Source of the DNA: Methanolobus sp.
GTDB lineage: Archaea; Halobacteriota; Methanosarcinia; Methanosarcinales; Methanosarcinaceae
Length of the DNA: 64,000 bases
Direction: 5' to 3'
Assembly: GCF_016278385.1 (NCBI RefSeq)
Contig: NZ_JADQBY010000003.1
Span: forward strand, 641 to 64,640
In this document: in pieces, positions 9,382 to 19,469 of the stretch
How the letters are laid out: every line of letters begins with the position of its first letter
Numbering within the stretch: position 1 is the stretch's first letter
Notes under the pieces: model-generated
Database searches by the model: none
What the model was told of the DNA's origin: nothing
Seen by the model: the letters and a program-made list of their open reading frames with translations, nothing else
Made by a program: the position numbers and the translations under genes

Positions 9382-11342
9382 TACGACAACCCAATGCAAT
9401 ACTGGGCAATGACAGACTTTTGGTAACGATCGGGAAAAAGGGAGAGATCTTCGGGTACTATTATCCCGGAAAGGATTTTGCTCAACATGTTGAAGATTCA
9501 CAGGCCTGCCTGTATGATGGAAAAGAGCTTATATGGTCAAATGCCCGGGAATGGATAGCAGACCAGAAATATATAGACAATACAAATATAGTAAGCACCG
9601 AACTCATCCATCCTTCCGGACTTTCCATGAATATTCTGGATTTTGTTCATCCCACCCTGCCGGTGCTCGTACGCAAATATAAGATAAGTTCAAAGAAAGA
9701 ATTCCATGGGAAGTTGTTCTATTTCTCAAATCTACAGGTTGGTGAAATGAAAAAAAAGAACTCAGCTTTCTGTGACCATGATTCCGGCCTGCTGGCACAA
9801 CACTGGAAGAATTACTATGTGGGTATTAGCTCAAAGCCCGTGTTTGAAGAATGGCAGGTTGGAAAAGCCATGGACACCATCTGGTGGACAAATGCCAAAT
9901 ATGACATGGAAGACGGTGAACTCCAGAAAAACAACGAAGATATAGGTAACCTGAACTGTGCCGTGGGATGGAAACTGGATATTGATGATTCAAAACCTGC
10001 TGAGATTACTGTATTTATTGGTGCAGCATCAAGAAGACCTGCACTTTACAGAAGGATGCGTGAGGTCCAGAAAGAATCTGTTGAAAGTATATACAATGAA
10101 ACACAGGAGAAATGGATCAAATGGCTTTCAAGAAAGAAACTCCTTGAAATGCCTGAATATCCTGGTTTTGAAACTTTCAGGCAGGATCTCTTAAAAGCTT
10201 TCAACCGCTCGTTACTTGCGTTAAGCATATTGAACGATCCGGGAAAAGGTTCATTTATCGCAGCTCCTGAATTTGACCATGAATTTGAGATGAGTGGAGG
10301 ATATGGATATTGCTGGAACAGGGATTCTGCGGAAATTGTAACGTCACTAATGGAAGCGGGCTACCCCGAATATTGTTCACGTTTCTTCAAGTGGTGTAAA
10401 AATACACAGCTTCAGGACGGTTCATGGTTCCAGCGTTACTGGCTTGACGGAAATACTGCACCATCGTGGGGAAATTTCAATTACTCAACCCAAATAGATG
10501 AAACCGGTACCACTATTTTTGCAATGGACAGTTATTATCGTACCCTTGAACAGCCTGTAAAAGCAGAGTTTCTTGACAGCATGTGGGCTACTGTACTGTG
10601 TGCGGCAGAGTATCTTATGAGAAGAACCCCCACTGGCCTGCATGAAACATGTATATGCTTATGGGAAACACATTCCGGGATATTCACCTATACAAATGCT
10701 GCCATTTATGCAGGACTGATAGGAGCTGCAAACATGGCTATGGATTATAATGAAAAAGGACTTGCTGACAGATGGATAGAAAGAGCTGAATTTATCAAGA
10801 GTACGACAATCGAAAAATTCTGGCTTGAAGAAGGTTATTTTGCCAGGGGTATTAAACATGGCAATATTGACACTGTTATTGATGCAAGTATAATTGGTAC
10901 CTTTGTTCCTTTCAATATGCTCTCACCCCACAATGAGAAAGAGAGAAAAATGATCAAATCCATTATCAAAAATATAGAACATTACCTCAGGGTTCCTGTT
11001 AACGATCATTTTGGAATCAAGAGATATGTGGATGATAATTATATCGAAGGCAACCCTTGGATAGTCACAACCCTGTGGCTGTCAAAAGCGTTGCTTGAGC
11101 TGGCAATTACCATTGATGAAAGCAATAGCGAGAAAGATGAGCTAAAAACACTGATCAATGATGCACTCAAGTATATCAGATGGTCATTAAAGGGAACCAC
11201 GGGAGCAGGAATGCTGCCGGAGCAGGTCAATAAATACACAGGCATGCCTGCATGGGCCATACCTCTAAGCTGGAGTTGTGCCCTGATGCTGGACAATGTA
11301 ATGCTATTGGACAAACTCCAGAAGAATCTGGACAACGACTAA
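9378..11342 (+). CDS. GH15 glucoamylase (glucan 1,4-alpha-glucosidase)
   Basis: GYGYCWNRDSAEIV and CLWETHSGIFTYTNA motifs. The N-terminus NAILGNDRLLVTIGKKGEI is typical of archaeal GH15. The TTG start overlaps the upstream stop. Confidence 0.85.
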   Translation: MIRQPNAILGNDRLLVTIGKKGEIFGYYYPGKDFAQHVEDSQACLYDGKELIWSNAREWIADQKYIDNTNIVSTELIHPSGLSMNILDFVHPTLPVLVRKYKISSKKEFHGKLFYFSNLQVGEMKKKNSAFCDHDSGLLAQHWKNYYVGISSKPVFEEWQVGKAMDTIWWTNAKYDMEDGELQKNNEDIGNLNCAVGWKLDIDDSKPAEITVFIGAASRRPALYRRMREVQKESVESIYNETQEKWIKWLSRKKLLEMPEYPGFETFRQDLLKAFNRSLLALSILNDPGKGSFIAAPEFDHEFEMSGGYGYCWNRDSAEIVTSLMEAGYPEYCSRFFKWCKNTQLQDGSWFQRYWLDGNTAPSWGNFNYSTQIDETGTTIFAMDSYYRTLEQPVKAEFLDSMWATVLCAAEYLMRRTPTGLHETCICLWETHSGIFTYTNAAIYAGLIGAANMAMDYNEKGLADRWIERAEFIKSTTIEKFWLEEGYFARGIKHGNIDTVIDASIIGTFVPFNMLSPHNEKERKMIKSIIKNIEHYLRVPVNDHFGIKRYVDDNYIEGNPWIVTTLWLSKALLELAITIDESNSEKDELKTLINDALKYIRWSLKGTTGAGMLPEQVNKYTGMPAWAIPLSWSCALMLDNVMLLDKLQKNLDND

Positions 11343-11376
11343 CATTCATACGATCAAATGCTGAGCCAGATACTTC

Positions 11377-13332
11377 ATGAACTATGCTGATTATGTTTCA
11401 GGAACCAGTAAGGAATGGATCATTACCAATGGTCTTGGAGGATATGCATCCTCCACAGTCATCGGAGCGAATACCAGAAAATATCATGGTTTATTGATAG
11501 CTTCATTGAATCCTCCTGTTGAGAGAAAAGTCCTGCTTTCATCCCTTGACGAGGAACTTATTCTTGGAAAGGATATTTATAAGCTTGCGGTACATAAATA
11601 CCCCGATATTGTTTATCCCAATGGTAATGAATTTCTTGAAAAATTCAACACTGAACCTTATCCTGCTTTCATTTACAATGCCGGCGGAATGAACATTAAA
11701 AAACAGGTTCTGATGATACATGGTGAAAACACCACCATAATGAAGTATGAGATTAGTAACCCATCAGGAAAAAAAGGTGTTTTCAGATTATTGCCACTAG
11801 TCAACAACAGGTCTATACACCATGTCAGCAGTGCGAACCGACTTTTCTTCATACAGGAAGCATCTGCTAAAGGAACTGTACTTAGTAGTCTGGGTACTTC
11901 TTTCAGAATAAATTCCAATATACCGTACGAAGCAGACGAGCACTGGTATCACAATTTTGAATATGAAGTAGAACTTTCAAGAGGTTATCCATACAGGGAA
12001 GATAATTTCAATCCGGGATATTTTGACTTGAAAATAGATGGAACTGATAATTCCTGCTTTTTAATCGCCTCCACAGAACCTGAGAAAAAATGGGATATGC
12101 AAAAAGTAGATGAACTGTTTGCAAATGAAGAAAAACGCAAAAAGGAACTTGTTGATGGAAAACTGATAGATGAAAATGAAGATATATTTTTCCAAAAACT
12201 TCTCATTGCCGGTGATTCTTTTATAGTTAACAGAAGGTCAACTTCATCCAAATCCATTATTGCAGGTTATCACTGGTTCGGGGACTGGGGCAGGGATACC
12301 ATGATCTCACTCCCTGGCCTGACACTTGTAACCGGAAGGTTCAGTGATGCAAGGTCCATATTATCCACTTTTGCCGCTAGCTGCAAAGACGGACTCATAC
12401 CTAATAACTTCCCTGAAAATGCATCTCATTCACCTCTTTATAATACAGTAGATGCATCACTCTGGTTTGTTCACGCTGTTGGAAGATATCTTGATTACAC
12501 GGGAGATGTTGAATTTACTGAAAAACTCTGGCCTACTGTTGAAAACATACTGGATAACTACCGTACAGACACTTCCTTTAGTATCAGAATGGATGATGAC
12601 GGCCTGATAGAACATGCAGGACAGCTTACATGGATGGATGCAAAGATTGGGGACTGGGAGATCACTCCAAGAAGTGGGAAAACATGTGAGATCAATGCTC
12701 TCTGGTACAATGCACTGATGCAAGCAAGCAAAATAGGTGAACACCTTGGAATGGATACTTCCATGTTTCTTGAGATTGCAGGATTAACAAAGGAAAGTTA
12801 CAGGGAGAAATTCTGGAATAAAGAAAATGACTGTATTTATGACTGTATTTCCGGCTCTGCAGAAGAACACTGGAAAGATGCTTCAATCAGACCAAACCAG
12901 ATATTTGCAGTTTCTCTTCCTAATACCATGCTATCACATGAAATGGAAAAAAGTATTGTTGATGTGGTCACGAAAGAATTGCTGACACCTTACGGTTTGC
13001 GGACTCTTTCACCCCTTGATAGTAAATATAAAGGGAAATATGAAGGTAACACAGAAACGAGAGATAGTGCCTATCATAACGGAACCGTTTGGCCCTGGCT
13101 GCTTGGCCCGTATATAACAGCTTACAGAAAAGTATACCAGGACATACCTGGCCTTAAAGACAATCTCAAGACTTTCCTTAATGGAATAAAGGAACACATT
13201 GATGAAGCAGGAATCGGTTCTATATCAGAGGTGTTTGATGGTGACAAACCACACAATCCTGGTGGATGTGTCTCACAGGCCTGGAGTGTGGCTGAGATAA
13301 CACGCTCTTATATAGAAGATATCTTATTATAA
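11377..13332 (+). CDS. glycogen debranching enzyme (amylo-alpha-1,6-glucosidase, GDE_C type)
   Basis: AGYHWFGDWGRDTMISLPGL, AYHNGTVWPWLLGPY and CVSQAWSVAEI motifs. 651 aa. Confidence 0.85.
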   Translation: MNYADYVSGTSKEWIITNGLGGYASSTVIGANTRKYHGLLIASLNPPVERKVLLSSLDEELILGKDIYKLAVHKYPDIVYPNGNEFLEKFNTEPYPAFIYNAGGMNIKKQVLMIHGENTTIMKYEISNPSGKKGVFRLLPLVNNRSIHHVSSANRLFFIQEASAKGTVLSSLGTSFRINSNIPYEADEHWYHNFEYEVELSRGYPYREDNFNPGYFDLKIDGTDNSCFLIASTEPEKKWDMQKVDELFANEEKRKKELVDGKLIDENEDIFFQKLLIAGDSFIVNRRSTSSKSIIAGYHWFGDWGRDTMISLPGLTLVTGRFSDARSILSTFAASCKDGLIPNNFPENASHSPLYNTVDASLWFVHAVGRYLDYTGDVEFTEKLWPTVENILDNYRTDTSFSIRMDDDGLIEHAGQLTWMDAKIGDWEITPRSGKTCEINALWYNALMQASKIGEHLGMDTSMFLEIAGLTKESYREKFWNKENDCIYDCISGSAEEHWKDASIRPNQIFAVSLPNTMLSHEMEKSIVDVVTKELLTPYGLRTLSPLDSKYKGKYEGNTETRDSAYHNGTVWPWLLGPYITAYRKVYQDIPGLKDNLKTFLNGIKEHIDEAGIGSISEVFDGDKPHNPGGCVSQAWSVAEITRSYIEDILL

Positions 13333-13419
13333 ATTTTTAACTCTGTACGCAAAGTATATTATATTTAAAGCATGTTTTTATTATTGGTTTTGGGGATTTA
13401 CTTACTTGAGTGTGGGAAT

Positions 13420-14586
13420 ATGGAATCAATGAGAATTGCAATGTTCTCATGGGAGAGTCTTCATTCTGCTAAGGTAGGAGGATTAGCTCCCCATGTGACT
13501 GAGTTATCAGAGCAGCTGGTAAAGCTAGGACATGAAGTTCATATATTCACCCGGAGCGGGTGGTATAGAGATTATGATGAAATAAACGGAGTACATTACC
13601 AGAGATGCAGCTTCGACCAATCCGGGGGCATATTGACCCAAATGGATAAAATGTGCGATGCAATGTATTCAAGGTTTGTACAGGTATCAAGAGAACACGG
13701 GGATTTTGATATTGTACACGGACATGACTGGCATCCTGTAAATGTACTTAACAGAATAAAGTACAAATGTGGAAAACCTTATGTAATGACGTATCATAGT
13801 ACTGAATGGGGACGTAATGGGAACATCAACCTGAATTCTCCGACAGCCAATGAAGTTTCCCACCGGGAATGGCTTGGAGGATATGAAAGTTCAGAAGTGA
13901 TAATCACGTCGGATAATTTCAAAAGGGAAGTTCAGAATATCTATGGAATTCCGGATTATAAAATATCTGTAATACCTAACGGGATATCTCCGGGAAAAAT
14001 GGAGAAAGATGTGGATTCAGGATTAATTAAGACAAATTATGGCATCCATCCGTTTGCACCTGTAGTACTATTCACCGGAAGAATGAACTACCAGAAAGGA
14101 CCTGATTTACTTATAAGGGCTATTCCGAAAGTACTTGACGGGAATTGGGGGGCACATTTCGTATTCATAGGTGAAGGGGAAATGAGGCCATTTTGCCAGA
14201 ATCTTGCCAACGATCTAAACATTGGCCATGCATGCCATTTCCTGGGTTATTCGCCTGATGAAGTACTTAAGGACTGGGCAAACGCATGTGATATGACATG
14301 TGTTCCAAGCAGGAATGAGCCTTTTGGAATTGTGGTACTTGAATCATGGGATGCAAACAAGGCAGTGATTGCAACGGATGCAGTAAATATAGTTGATAAT
14401 TTCCAGAATGGGCTGATAAGCTACAGGACGCCTGAATCCATAGCATGGGGACTTAATTATGCACTTGGTGGACTGGATTCTGAAACGCCCCTTATGGGAA
14501 ACAATGGTAAAGAACTGGTAAATACAAAGTTCTGCTGGGAAAACATTGCCAGAAACACGATTGATGTTTATAATAAAAATACATGA
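13420..14586 (+). CDS. GT-B glycogen/alpha-glucan synthase-like glycosyltransferase, paralog of 2304-3470
   Basis: MESMRIAMFSWESLHSAKVGGLAPHVTELSEQLVKLGHEVHIFT and PSRNEPFGIVVLES. The ORF-track start at 13372 adds a non-homologous leader, so the ATG at 13420 (or 13429) fits the paralog alignment better. Confidence 0.7.
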   Translation: MESMRIAMFSWESLHSAKVGGLAPHVTELSEQLVKLGHEVHIFTRSGWYRDYDEINGVHYQRCSFDQSGGILTQMDKMCDAMYSRFVQVSREHGDFDIVHGHDWHPVNVLNRIKYKCGKPYVMTYHSTEWGRNGNINLNSPTANEVSHREWLGGYESSEVIITSDNFKREVQNIYGIPDYKISVIPNGISPGKMEKDVDSGLIKTNYGIHPFAPVVLFTGRMNYQKGPDLLIRAIPKVLDGNWGAHFVFIGEGEMRPFCQNLANDLNIGHACHFLGYSPDEVLKDWANACDMTCVPSRNEPFGIVVLESWDANKAVIATDAVNIVDNFQNGLISYRTPESIAWGLNYALGGLDSETPLMGNNGKELVNTKFCWENIARNTIDVYNKNT

Positions 14587-14596
14587 AGTGATATAC

Positions 14597-14809
14597 ATGG
14601 ATGAAATGTGTTTGAACATAGGTGAGGCAGCAGGATATGTGTACAAACTGCTTGAAAGTGGAGAATCGAACATGGCAAAGCTGAAAAACCACCTCAAAGA
14701 GAATGGTTTTGACAACCAGTCAACATTTATGGCAATCGGATGGCTTGCAAGGGAAGACAAAATATGCATAGAAAAGAACGGGAATTCCTGGTCCCTAAAA
14801 TTGAAGTGA
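14597..14809 (+). CDS. small winged-helix protein (DUF2582-like)
   Basis: About 70 aa from the ATG at 14597, which avoids overlap with the upstream gene. IGEAAGYVYKLLESGESNMAKLKNHL...WLAREDKI has the pattern of small archaeal wHTH proteins. Confidence 0.5.
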   Translation: MDEMCLNIGEAAGYVYKLLESGESNMAKLKNHLKENGFDNQSTFMAIGWLAREDKICIEKNGNSWSLKLK

Positions 14810-14907
14810 CCAGGATAAACAATTGTTTATCCTGAATACACCTGCAAAGTTAGCATTAATCTTTCAGATCAAATCTTGCACTTTAAGAACATCGACACTG
14901 AGATTGT

Positions 14908-14990
14908 TTTATATAATATTGTAATATATTATAAGAATTGAATTATATGATTATTTTTTTCTCACAAAAAAGAAAACAAATTAAGGGGAG
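14908..14990 (+). promoter_or_regulatory. putative strong promoter/leader of the S-layer gene
   Basis: TATA-like TTTATATAA at 14908-14916 in a very AT-rich spacer. AAGGGGAG Shine-Dalgarno at 14983-14990, 5 nt before the ATG at 14996. Confidence 0.35.
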
Positions 14991-14995
14991 ATAAT

Positions 14996-17602
14996 ATGAT
15001 AAATGAACGTAAATATTATTTATCTGTTGTTACAGTGGCCGTATTGGTCATGCTTTCATGCACAGCCATGGCTGCAACAAACAACAGCACAGGAAATCGT
15101 ATATGGGATGCAAGTGAGAATTTGTCCCTCGAATATACATGGACTGCACTGACTTATTCCGGCTTCTATTATGACTTAGATTCAGGAGAAGGATCAGAAA
15201 CACTAACAATAACACTGGACAGCGACAGTGACAGAAGTATAAATGATGGAGACCTCGAATATTCAACAACTCCTATTAATACTGATTTTGAACAGGGTGA
15301 CTGGGGTTCATATCAGGTAATAGGATTTATGGCAGAAAGATATTTTGCAGGTTACACCGACGATACAGAATTTGCTAAGGACGATATAAGCTTGATATCT
15401 GATGGCATACTTACAAAAGTCCTGGTCGATGATGATGAAGAAGTCTCATTTTATTCCGGCTCTTCCCTTGTACTTGAAGAAGGATACGAACTGAACCTGG
15501 AAGAGGTTGACGTAAACGGAAACAGTGTTCTTGTCACCCTTGAAAAGGATGGAAAGAAACTAGATACGGATATTGTTTCATCAGATGATGACTACGTCTA
15601 TGAGATAGAACTCGGAAACAATGATGTACCAATTATAGCAGTTCATTTAAACAATATATTCCAGGGAACTGAAACAAATGCAGTATTTGTAGAGGGTATA
15701 TTCCAGATATCTGAGGATTATGTGGAAATTGTATCTGGAGACAAATTCGGGAAGATGGAAGTTAATGCACTGGGTTCAGACATAATTACAATGGAAAATT
15801 CAGATTCTATCAGCCTGGGAAGAGGAAATACAATAACTATTATGGGTAAATTGAAATTCATAGTTGCTGATGACAGTATATTGAGGTTCGGCCCTGTAGT
15901 AGACATGTCAGATCCAGGTACTTATGAACTCAGAGGTACGGTTGCAGAGAACGATAAACTTGAATGGACACCACTGAACTTTGAAGGATTCTATTACAAC
16001 ATTGATGAAGGTGTGGGAACCGAATCACTTGAAATTAAGGACCTTAGTGGCAGGAGCATCGATGATGGTGACCTTGTTTACAGAAGTGTGCCGCTGGATG
16101 TCAGTTTTGATCATAGTGGCTGGGGAGAGTTCCAGGTTATCGGATTTATGGCAGAAAAGTACTTTGCGGGATATCCTGACAATGAGTTTACAGATCATGT
16201 AAGCCTTCTTTCTGATGGCCAGCTCTCAAAGGTGCTCATCGACGACGACAGTAAGACATCACTATACTCCGGTTCCTCGCTGGTATTGGAAGACGGGTAT
16301 GAGCTTTACATAGTTGAAGTTGACCTTGATGGTAGTAGTGTTATGGTAAACCTCGTCAAGGATGGCGATGACATTGATACAGGAATTGTTTCCTCTAATG
16401 ATGACTATATCTACGAGATGGACATTGGTTCAACAGATGATGTTCCTACTATAGTAGTACATTTTGACGAAATATTCCAGGGAACTGAATCAAATGCTGT
16501 GTTCATCGAAGGTATCTTCCAGATTTCAGAAGATGTTGTAGAGATAGCAGACAATGAGAAATTCGGAGAGATGGAAGTAAAGAGTTTCGCATCAGATGAA
16601 ATTGTCCTTGAAAATGGAGATTCACTATCACTTTCAAGAGGAAAGACAATCGATGTAATGGGAGATATCTCATTTAAAGTTGCAGACTCCGGTGATGTAC
16701 GCTACTATCCGTTTGTAGAAGTATCAACTTTGCCTTCAAAATCACTTTCTATGGACGTACCTTCTGTAATTCAACAAGGCGATGAAGTTAAAATTATGGT
16801 AACATCAAGAGGTGCCGCAGTTAAAGATGCACTTGTTATGTTTGGTAATGAAGAAATAGGAGAAACTGCAACTGATGGTACAATAAGCTACACTCCTAAA
16901 ACAGCAGGCACTTTCACAGTTACTGCTGAAAAGGAAGGGTACGTTTCGGCAAGCGAGAAAGTAGAAGTGGTCTCAGCTGATGATGCAAGCAGAAAGCTTG
17001 TCATTGAAGTGTCACCTGAAAAGGTTGTTCCGGAAGATACTATAACAATCTCTGTAACCAAAGCTATTGGCGGAGAAGCTGTTAAAGATGTGCAGGTATA
17101 CTACGATGGCAAACTCATAGGAAGCACTAGTTCTAATGGTATACTTACATACACAGTGAAAGAAACAGGTCTGCACAAACTGACAACCATGGCAGATGAA
17201 TACCTTGAAGCAGAACTGAATCTTGATGTACTTGCACTGGAAGCAAAGCTTACTTATTCTAACCTGCAGGTCACACCTATTTTGGTAAAGACCGGGGAAG
17301 AAGCTACTGTCACAGTCGATGTAATGAACTCAGGTACCGTTAAAGGTAATGAGGATGTGGATCTGCTCGTCAACGGAACTATTGTAGACACACAGAGCAT
17401 ATCACTTGATGCAGGAGAAGAAACTACTTTGACCTTCACTGTTTCACAGGAAGAGGCAGGTACTTATGAGATACAGATTGGCAGCTCTACTGCAATCCTT
17501 GAAGTTGAAAAGAGTTCTATTCCGGCACCAGGTATTATTGTATCAATGATTGCAGTGATTGCTATTGCAATGCTGATACGCAGGAATGAAAAGAAGAAAT
17601 AA
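14996..17602 (+). CDS. S-layer protein with two tandem DUF1608-type domains, Ig-like repeats and a C-terminal membrane anchor
   Basis: Signal peptide. Two ~280-aa internal repeats (YSGFYYDLDSGEGSETL...QVIGFMAERYFAGY versus FEGFYYNIDEGVGTESL...QVIGFMAEKYFAGY). C-terminus PAPGIIVSMIAVIAIAMLIRRNEKKK. Confidence 0.8.
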   Translation: MINERKYYLSVVTVAVLVMLSCTAMAATNNSTGNRIWDASENLSLEYTWTALTYSGFYYDLDSGEGSETLTITLDSDSDRSINDGDLEYSTTPINTDFEQGDWGSYQVIGFMAERYFAGYTDDTEFAKDDISLISDGILTKVLVDDDEEVSFYSGSSLVLEEGYELNLEEVDVNGNSVLVTLEKDGKKLDTDIVSSDDDYVYEIELGNNDVPIIAVHLNNIFQGTETNAVFVEGIFQISEDYVEIVSGDKFGKMEVNALGSDIITMENSDSISLGRGNTITIMGKLKFIVADDSILRFGPVVDMSDPGTYELRGTVAENDKLEWTPLNFEGFYYNIDEGVGTESLEIKDLSGRSIDDGDLVYRSVPLDVSFDHSGWGEFQVIGFMAEKYFAGYPDNEFTDHVSLLSDGQLSKVLIDDDSKTSLYSGSSLVLEDGYELYIVEVDLDGSSVMVNLVKDGDDIDTGIVSSNDDYIYEMDIGSTDDVPTIVVHFDEIFQGTESNAVFIEGIFQISEDVVEIADNEKFGEMEVKSFASDEIVLENGDSLSLSRGKTIDVMGDISFKVADSGDVRYYPFVEVSTLPSKSLSMDVPSVIQQGDEVKIMVTSRGAAVKDALVMFGNEEIGETATDGTISYTPKTAGTFTVTAEKEGYVSASEKVEVVSADDASRKLVIEVSPEKVVPEDTITISVTKAIGGEAVKDVQVYYDGKLIGSTSSNGILTYTVKETGLHKLTTMADEYLEAELNLDVLALEAKLTYSNLQVTPILVKTGEEATVTVDVMNSGTVKGNEDVDLLVNGTIVDTQSISLDAGEETTLTFTVSQEEAGTYEIQIGSSTAILEVEKSSIPAPGIIVSMIAVIAIAMLIRRNEKKK

Positions 17603-17629
17603 GACCGAAAAGACAATTGAGTAACAGAT

Positions 17630-17663
17630 GTGCCTGCCATGTGCAGGCGCAACTTCCTTTTTT
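17630..17663 (+). terminator. hairpin plus T-tract after the S-layer gene
   Basis: GTGCCTGC-catgt-GCAGGCGC stem (17630-17650) followed by TTTTTT at 17658-17663. Confidence 0.5.
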
Positions 17664-18325
17664 CGATTACCTCATATATACAGGATCAATATTCTCTTTC
17701 TGAAAGAATGGGTAGCAAATTTACCAAACAGAATATAGATTAACTTTCAGCATCAATTTTAAGTGCTTATCCCTAAGTAGAAGCCATATAAAGTAGGTCC
17801 CTGAAAGAAACCCACATTAATCAACTTTTGAAATTACTGACATTATTAATTGTCATACAAATAAAGAGAATCATTCCATTCTCAAGAATACAGTATTCGT
17901 GGCAGACATGACTCATAATATCGACCTGATGGAAATAACCAGATAAAATACATAAGTTTCTTCCTGTATCCCCTGAAAAAACTCAAGCATTAAGACCTGC
18001 AACAGAAAAAAACAATCGTGTAAGTAGGCTCATCCCCAACAATTAATTCCATTCATATTGATGGCACCCTTGTAAACACTATTAATGGACTCAAACACTA
18101 CAATTGATTCTATAACACCACATTTACAGGCATTAATTCCCTAAAATCGCTTTTATCGCTTATCTGTGTCCCATAATATGCTTTTAATGTAAATAAACGG
18201 AAAGATAAATATTATGTCAACCACAATATTTTTATAACTACTTGATAAATCAAAGTAAGTTATTTTTAAAAAAATAATATGGATTCTAAGTGTTTATATC
18301 TGACACACAAAAGAGGACATTAAAA

Positions 18326-18949
18326 ATGGATACAACTTCGTATATATTCAGCATTCTTTACACATTCTCATCTGCATTACTTTACCCGGTAGTAATCACA
18401 CTGATAATGCTGGCTGTTTATTCTCTGATGCTCATAGGAGAATTTGCATCAGAATTTGCAAAGAGACAGCGCGATGTACCCAACCTTGAACTTTGCTGTA
18501 ACAGTACACGGCAATATATTAAAAATAGAGATTTTAGAAAAGCTGCAGGTTCATTGAAATTTTTGAGACAGAACTATATTGTTATGTGTTTTGCCAGGGA
18601 CGCCGCGAAACATATTCAAATGGAGAGTATATCTTCACTGGAATGGCTTGCACAAGATTATGAGATCAAAATGTCAAAAAGACTTGAGCAGACACGGATT
18701 GTTGCAACTATCTCACCAATGGTAGGTCTTATGGGAACCCTTATACCACTGGGTCCTGCACTCATTGGACTCTCTCAGGGAGATATCGAGCAGCTTGCAA
18801 ACAATCTGATGATAGCTTTTGCCACTACGGTAATAGGCCTTTTCGCCGGAAGTATCGGCTATGTGCTGACACAGGTTAGAAAAAGATGGTACTGGCAGGA
18901 CATGACTGACATTGACTATATCCTTGATATCCTGGAGGAAAGGGATTGA
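18326..18949 (+). CDS. MotA/TolQ/ExbB-family proton channel protein
   Basis: MVGLMGTLIPLGPALIGLSQGD...LMIAFATTVIGLFAGSIGYVL. The ATG at 18326 is preceded by AAGAGGA. The ORF-track GTG at 18290 is less likely. Confidence 0.8.
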   Translation: MDTTSYIFSILYTFSSALLYPVVITLIMLAVYSLMLIGEFASEFAKRQRDVPNLELCCNSTRQYIKNRDFRKAAGSLKFLRQNYIVMCFARDAAKHIQMESISSLEWLAQDYEIKMSKRLEQTRIVATISPMVGLMGTLIPLGPALIGLSQGDIEQLANNLMIAFATTVIGLFAGSIGYVLTQVRKRWYWQDMTDIDYILDILEERD

Positions 18950-19311
18950 ACAGGAGAGGAAGATCGAGCCGAAGAAGGCATATAGGTGATGACGATGAGC
19001 AAAACCCACTTACAGGTGTGGCTAACCTCTTTGACATTGCAATGGTATTCTCTGTAGCACTGCTGGTTGCACTTGTTATGTCATACCAGTTGCCTGAACT
19101 CTTAAGTCCCACTGAAAATATAACGATCGTAAAAAATCCGGGACAGAAGGATATGCAGATAATCATCAAGGAAGAAGGCAAACCAATCGAAATACTGAAC
19201 ATGACTAATGAACTTGGCAGCGGAAGCGGAGAAGCTCTTGGTACCGCTTACAGACTAGCTGATGGCAGTATAATTTATGTGCCGTTTGGGGAAAATGAAA
19301 CTTCAATTTAG
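18946..19311 (+). CDS. DUF2149-like single-TM partner of MotA/ExbB (ExbD-position protein)
   Basis: The start overlaps the upstream stop. NPLTGVANLFDIAMVFSVALLVALV TM segment. The family name comes from recollection. Confidence 0.55.
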   Translation: MNRRGRSSRRRHIGDDDEQNPLTGVANLFDIAMVFSVALLVALVMSYQLPELLSPTENITIVKNPGQKDMQIIIKEEGKPIEILNMTNELGSGSGEALGTAYRLADGSIIYVPFGENETSI

Positions 19312-19469
19312 AGAATATTAAATTTGCTTGATACCTAATCTATTTTCTTTTTGATTTTACTGTGTTTATGCCAACGATTATCTGCTCATGCATAAACATC
19401 CATTCGTTTTTTACCAGATGATGCACAAAAATAAAATGAAGTAATATTAATTGGAATGGAGATAAAACT

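Noticed and set aside
18040-18107. HAD/Cof-like N-terminal fragment (…NSIHIDGTLVNTINGLKHYN*) in the 620-bp spacer upstream of motA
   Set aside because: Only about 20 residues resemble the DxDGTL motif region, and a stop follows at once. This is too short to distinguish a gene relic from chance.
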